NCBI GenBank assembly: GCA_942491105.1
Contig: CALNZX010000005.1
Span: 70,419 to 134,418 of the forward strand
Origin: an uncultured Alphaproteobacteria bacterium
GTDB lineage: Bacteria > Pseudomonadota > Alphaproteobacteria > Kiloniellales > DSM-21159
Direction of reading: 5' to 3'
DNA length: 64,000 nucleotides
Shown: positions 62,276 through 64,000 of the stretch, piece by piece
Numbering within the stretch: the stretch's first letter is position 1
Layout: each line of letters starts with the position of its first letter
Made by a program: the position numbers and the translations under genes
Notes under the pieces: generated by a model
The model's database searches: none
What the model saw: only the letters and a program-made list of their open reading frames with translations
What the model was told of the DNA's origin: nothing

Positions 62276-63271
62276 TTACTTGTTTTCCGCGAGATCCCGC
62301 AGCTTCGGTCCGGCTTCGGGGTGCTCCGCGATGAAAGCGGCCCAAGCGGCCTCGTAAGCGGTTTCGACGTAGCGGTCGCGGTCTTCGTCGGAGAAGTAGA
62401 TGAACTCGACGCCGGCTTCCTTCAGCGTCTCGTTGTCCGCTTCGTTCTCGGCGTCCATGTAGCTTTCGGCCCAGGTCTCGACTTCGAGAGCGACCTCTTC
62501 GAGGACCGCCTGAACGTCGGCGTCGAGGCTGTCCCAGACATCGCCGTTGAACAGGACCGCGGTGTTGACCGTATAGAAGCCGTGATCGATGGCGTACTTC
62601 GTGACTTCCTGCCAGCCGAAGTCGGAAATGCCGCCGTAGGACCAGCCATAGCCGTCAACCACGCCGCGCTCCAGGGCGGTGTAGATTTCGCCGGGCTTCA
62701 TCACGACCGGGGTGCCGCCGAGCGCCTTGACCAGCTCGACATAAACCGGGGAAACGCGGAGCTTCAGGCCGCTGAAATCGGGCGTGGTGACTTCCTTGTT
62801 GAGGTACATCCTGAAGGCCTTGCCGACGCCGCCGCCGGTGTTCGCCAGGTAGACGACATTCGCCTTCTCGCGATGAATATCGCGCATGTAGTCGTAGAAA
62901 CCGTTGGCGCGCAGCTCGGTCGGCTGCAGCTTCGAATACAGCACGGCGGTCGCTTCAGGGACCTGACCGGTGTAGTAGGACGTGGCGCCGAGAATGATGT
63001 CGACCACGCCGTTGCGCAGACCTTCGAACTGCTCGAAGGTCGGGATGATGTCGCTGTGGCCGAGATAGTCGATCCGGAGCTTGCCTTCGAGGCGCTCGTT
63101 GGCCCGGCGCTGGAATTCCAGCAAGGGCTCAACCCAGTAATAGGCCGCCGGCCAGGGGGAAATCGCCTTGAGGACGCGGGTTTGCGCCTCAGCGGACGAA
63201 ACCGTCGCGCTGAGCGCGACGATCGCGGCGCCGAAAAGTAGTGAAAGATTACATAGTCTGCGGGTTACCAT
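62276..63271 (-). CDS. dctP: TRAP transporter substrate-binding protein (DctP family)
   Basis: 331 aa with the signal peptide MVTRRLCNLSLLFGAAIVALSATVSSAEA. It is the first gene of a dctPQM set. Confidence 0.85.
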   Translation of the reverse strand: MVTRRLCNLSLLFGAAIVALSATVSSAEAQTRVLKAISPWPAAYYWVEPLLEFQRRANERLEGKLRIDYLGHSDIIPTFEQFEGLRNGVVDIILGATSYYTGQVPEATAVLYSKLQPTELRANGFYDYMRDIHREKANVVYLANTGGGVGKAFRMYLNKEVTTPDFSGLKLRVSPVYVELVKALGGTPVVMKPGEIYTALERGVVDGYGWSYGGISDFGWQEVTKYAIDHGFYTVNTAVLFNGDVWDSLDADVQAVLEEVALEVETWAESYMDAENEADNETLKEAGVEFIYFSDEDRDRYVETAYEAAWAAFIAEHPEAGPKLRDLAENK

Positions 63272-63382
63272 TGGACTTCTCCCTCTTGTTCATGGGGGTG
63301 CGCCACATGGCATTTCCCCAATATACTTGTCGGGAAGATGCTGCGCGTAGCGAACTCGAAGCGTCAAGGCGCGCAAAAAACT

Positions 63383-63399
63383 TTTCCGCTGTGCGGAAA
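63383..63399. promoter_or_regulatory. 17-bp perfect palindrome TTTCCGC-TGT-GCGGAAA (IclR-type box)
   Basis: Read directly. It lies 112-128 nt upstream of the dctP start (63271, minus strand). Confidence 0.5.
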
Positions 63400-63469
63400 T
63401 CGGGCACTGGAGAAATTGGGCGCAACTACGCAGCAGAATATTTTTAAGTCACTGTCATTAAACACATAA

Positions 63470-63501
63470 AACTTCAACCAATGTGATTAACTTCGACCAA
63501 T
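63470..63501. repeat. Direct repeats AACTTCAACCAAT / AACTTCGACCAAT (19-bp period) with a third partial CAACCAA
   Basis: Read directly in the AT-rich dctP/GntR divergent region. Repeat 1 is at 63470-63482 and repeat 2 at 63489-63501. Confidence 0.45.
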
Positions 63502-63607
63502 CGGCAACCAAAGCTGCCGAGAACCACTATGCATCTCTACAATTATCGGTGATATTGCAGGATTCGCCGGCAGCCAGGACTGTCCGCGCGCAGAGGATGG
63601 AGGCCAC

Positions 63608-64000
63608 GTGAGCGAAGACGATCGCACCCTTGGATTATACCTGGACGCCGCCGCGGCGCCGGCCCCGGCGCAAGCCGATCTGCGGCAGTTTCTTCGTCAA
63701 GCCCTGGCCGAAGGCCGGCATGCTCCGGGCGAGCGTTTGCCTACGGAACGGCAGCTCGCCGAGTGCTTCGACGTGACCCGCGCGCAGGTGCGCCGCGTTT
63801 TGCTGGATTTGGAGCGCGAGGGCCTCATTTATCGCAAGGTCGGCCGGGGAACTTTCGTCTCGGAAAGCGGCAAGCGCGCGCCCGCCAGGCAGGATGAGTG
63901 GCGCGATATCGGGCCCAAGGAGCTGATGGAGGCGCGCATCGCCGTGGAACCGGCGATCATCCGCCTGTTCATCGAGAACGCAAGCCCGCGCGATGAAGAG
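63608..64000 (+). CDS. GntR family transcriptional regulator (3' end lies outside the window)
   Basis: The GTG at 63608 opens a frame that runs to the window edge (131 codons). HTH: LPTERQLAECFDVTRAQVRRVLLDLEREGLIYRKVGRGTFV. It is absent from the ORF track because there is no stop in the window. Confidence 0.7.
   Translation, partial: MSEDDRTLGLYLDAAAAPAPAQADLRQFLRQALAEGRHAPGERLPTERQLAECFDVTRAQVRRVLLDLEREGLIYRKVGRGTFVSESGKRAPARQDEWRDIGPKELMEARIAVEPAIIRLFIENASPRDEE

Noticed and set aside
1-64000. A search for mobile elements, integrases, toxin-antitoxin or defence systems, tRNA/rRNA genes and CRISPR arrays across the window.
   Set aside because: No translation in the six-frame track shows transposase, integrase, recombinase, nuclease or Cas signatures. 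I saw no tRNA-like cloverleaf candidates or repeat-spacer arrays in the intergenic regions, and the only low-GC patches are short promoter-like spacers.

Overview
About 64 kb of high-GC DNA (roughly two-thirds G+C by eye), proteobacterial and probably alphaproteobacterial. It is densely packed, with about 62 CDS, and is almost entirely catabolic, transport and regulatory operons. I found no rRNA, tRNA, CRISPR array, transposase, integrase or phage genes.

Gene order:
- Partial livF, then a Liv-type binding protein and an acyl-CoA synthetase.
- GntR, then NnrS.
- An enolase-superfamily gene, divergent from an AstE-like deacylase and an MlrC/M81 peptidase.
- GntR, then a 2-hydroxyacid dehydrogenase.
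- A Dpp-type ABC transporter (5 genes), followed by SDR, enolase-superfamily, SDR and FAH genes.
- An OYE flavoenzyme.
- The BioYNM biotin ECF transporter, divergent from a biotin carboxylase, BCCP, 5S-type carboxyltransferase and amidohydrolase-like gene.
- GntR, divergent from a PrpD-family gene.
- LysR, divergent from a 12S-type carboxyltransferase, a 73-aa biotin carrier, an ADP-forming acyl-CoA synthetase, a P5betaR-like SDR, TRAP DctPQM and DUF3237.
- YeiH and TauE.
- A CMD-family gene, a GMC oxidoreductase and a TPP enzyme, divergent from GntR, an MBL hydrolase and FAH.
- A thiolase, enoyl-CoA hydratase and acyl-CoA synthetase, divergent from IclR.
- A 3-hydroxyacyl-CoA dehydrogenase, enoyl-CoA hydratase, SDR, FAH, two tandem OsmC-like paralogs, RidA and TRAP DctMQP.
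- A partial GntR.

Most interesting observations:
1. Two non-canonical biotin-enzyme modules lie within 13 kb, next to a biotin importer. One has a separate carrier, a divergent 5S-type carboxyltransferase and an amidohydrolase-fold protein that seems to lack the canonical ligands. The other has a 12S carboxyltransferase and a minimal carrier but no biotin carboxylase, and is coupled to an ADP-forming CoA ligase and an enone-reductase-like SDR.
2. A TTCCGC-N3-GCGGAA palindrome recurs at three promoter regions and ties about 10 kb of beta-oxidation-like, FAH, OsmC and TRAP genes to the local IclR regulator.
3. Several clean operator-like palindromes, phased AT repeats and local composition breaks are present.

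All functional calls come from motif recognition by eye on the supplied translations. No database search was run.
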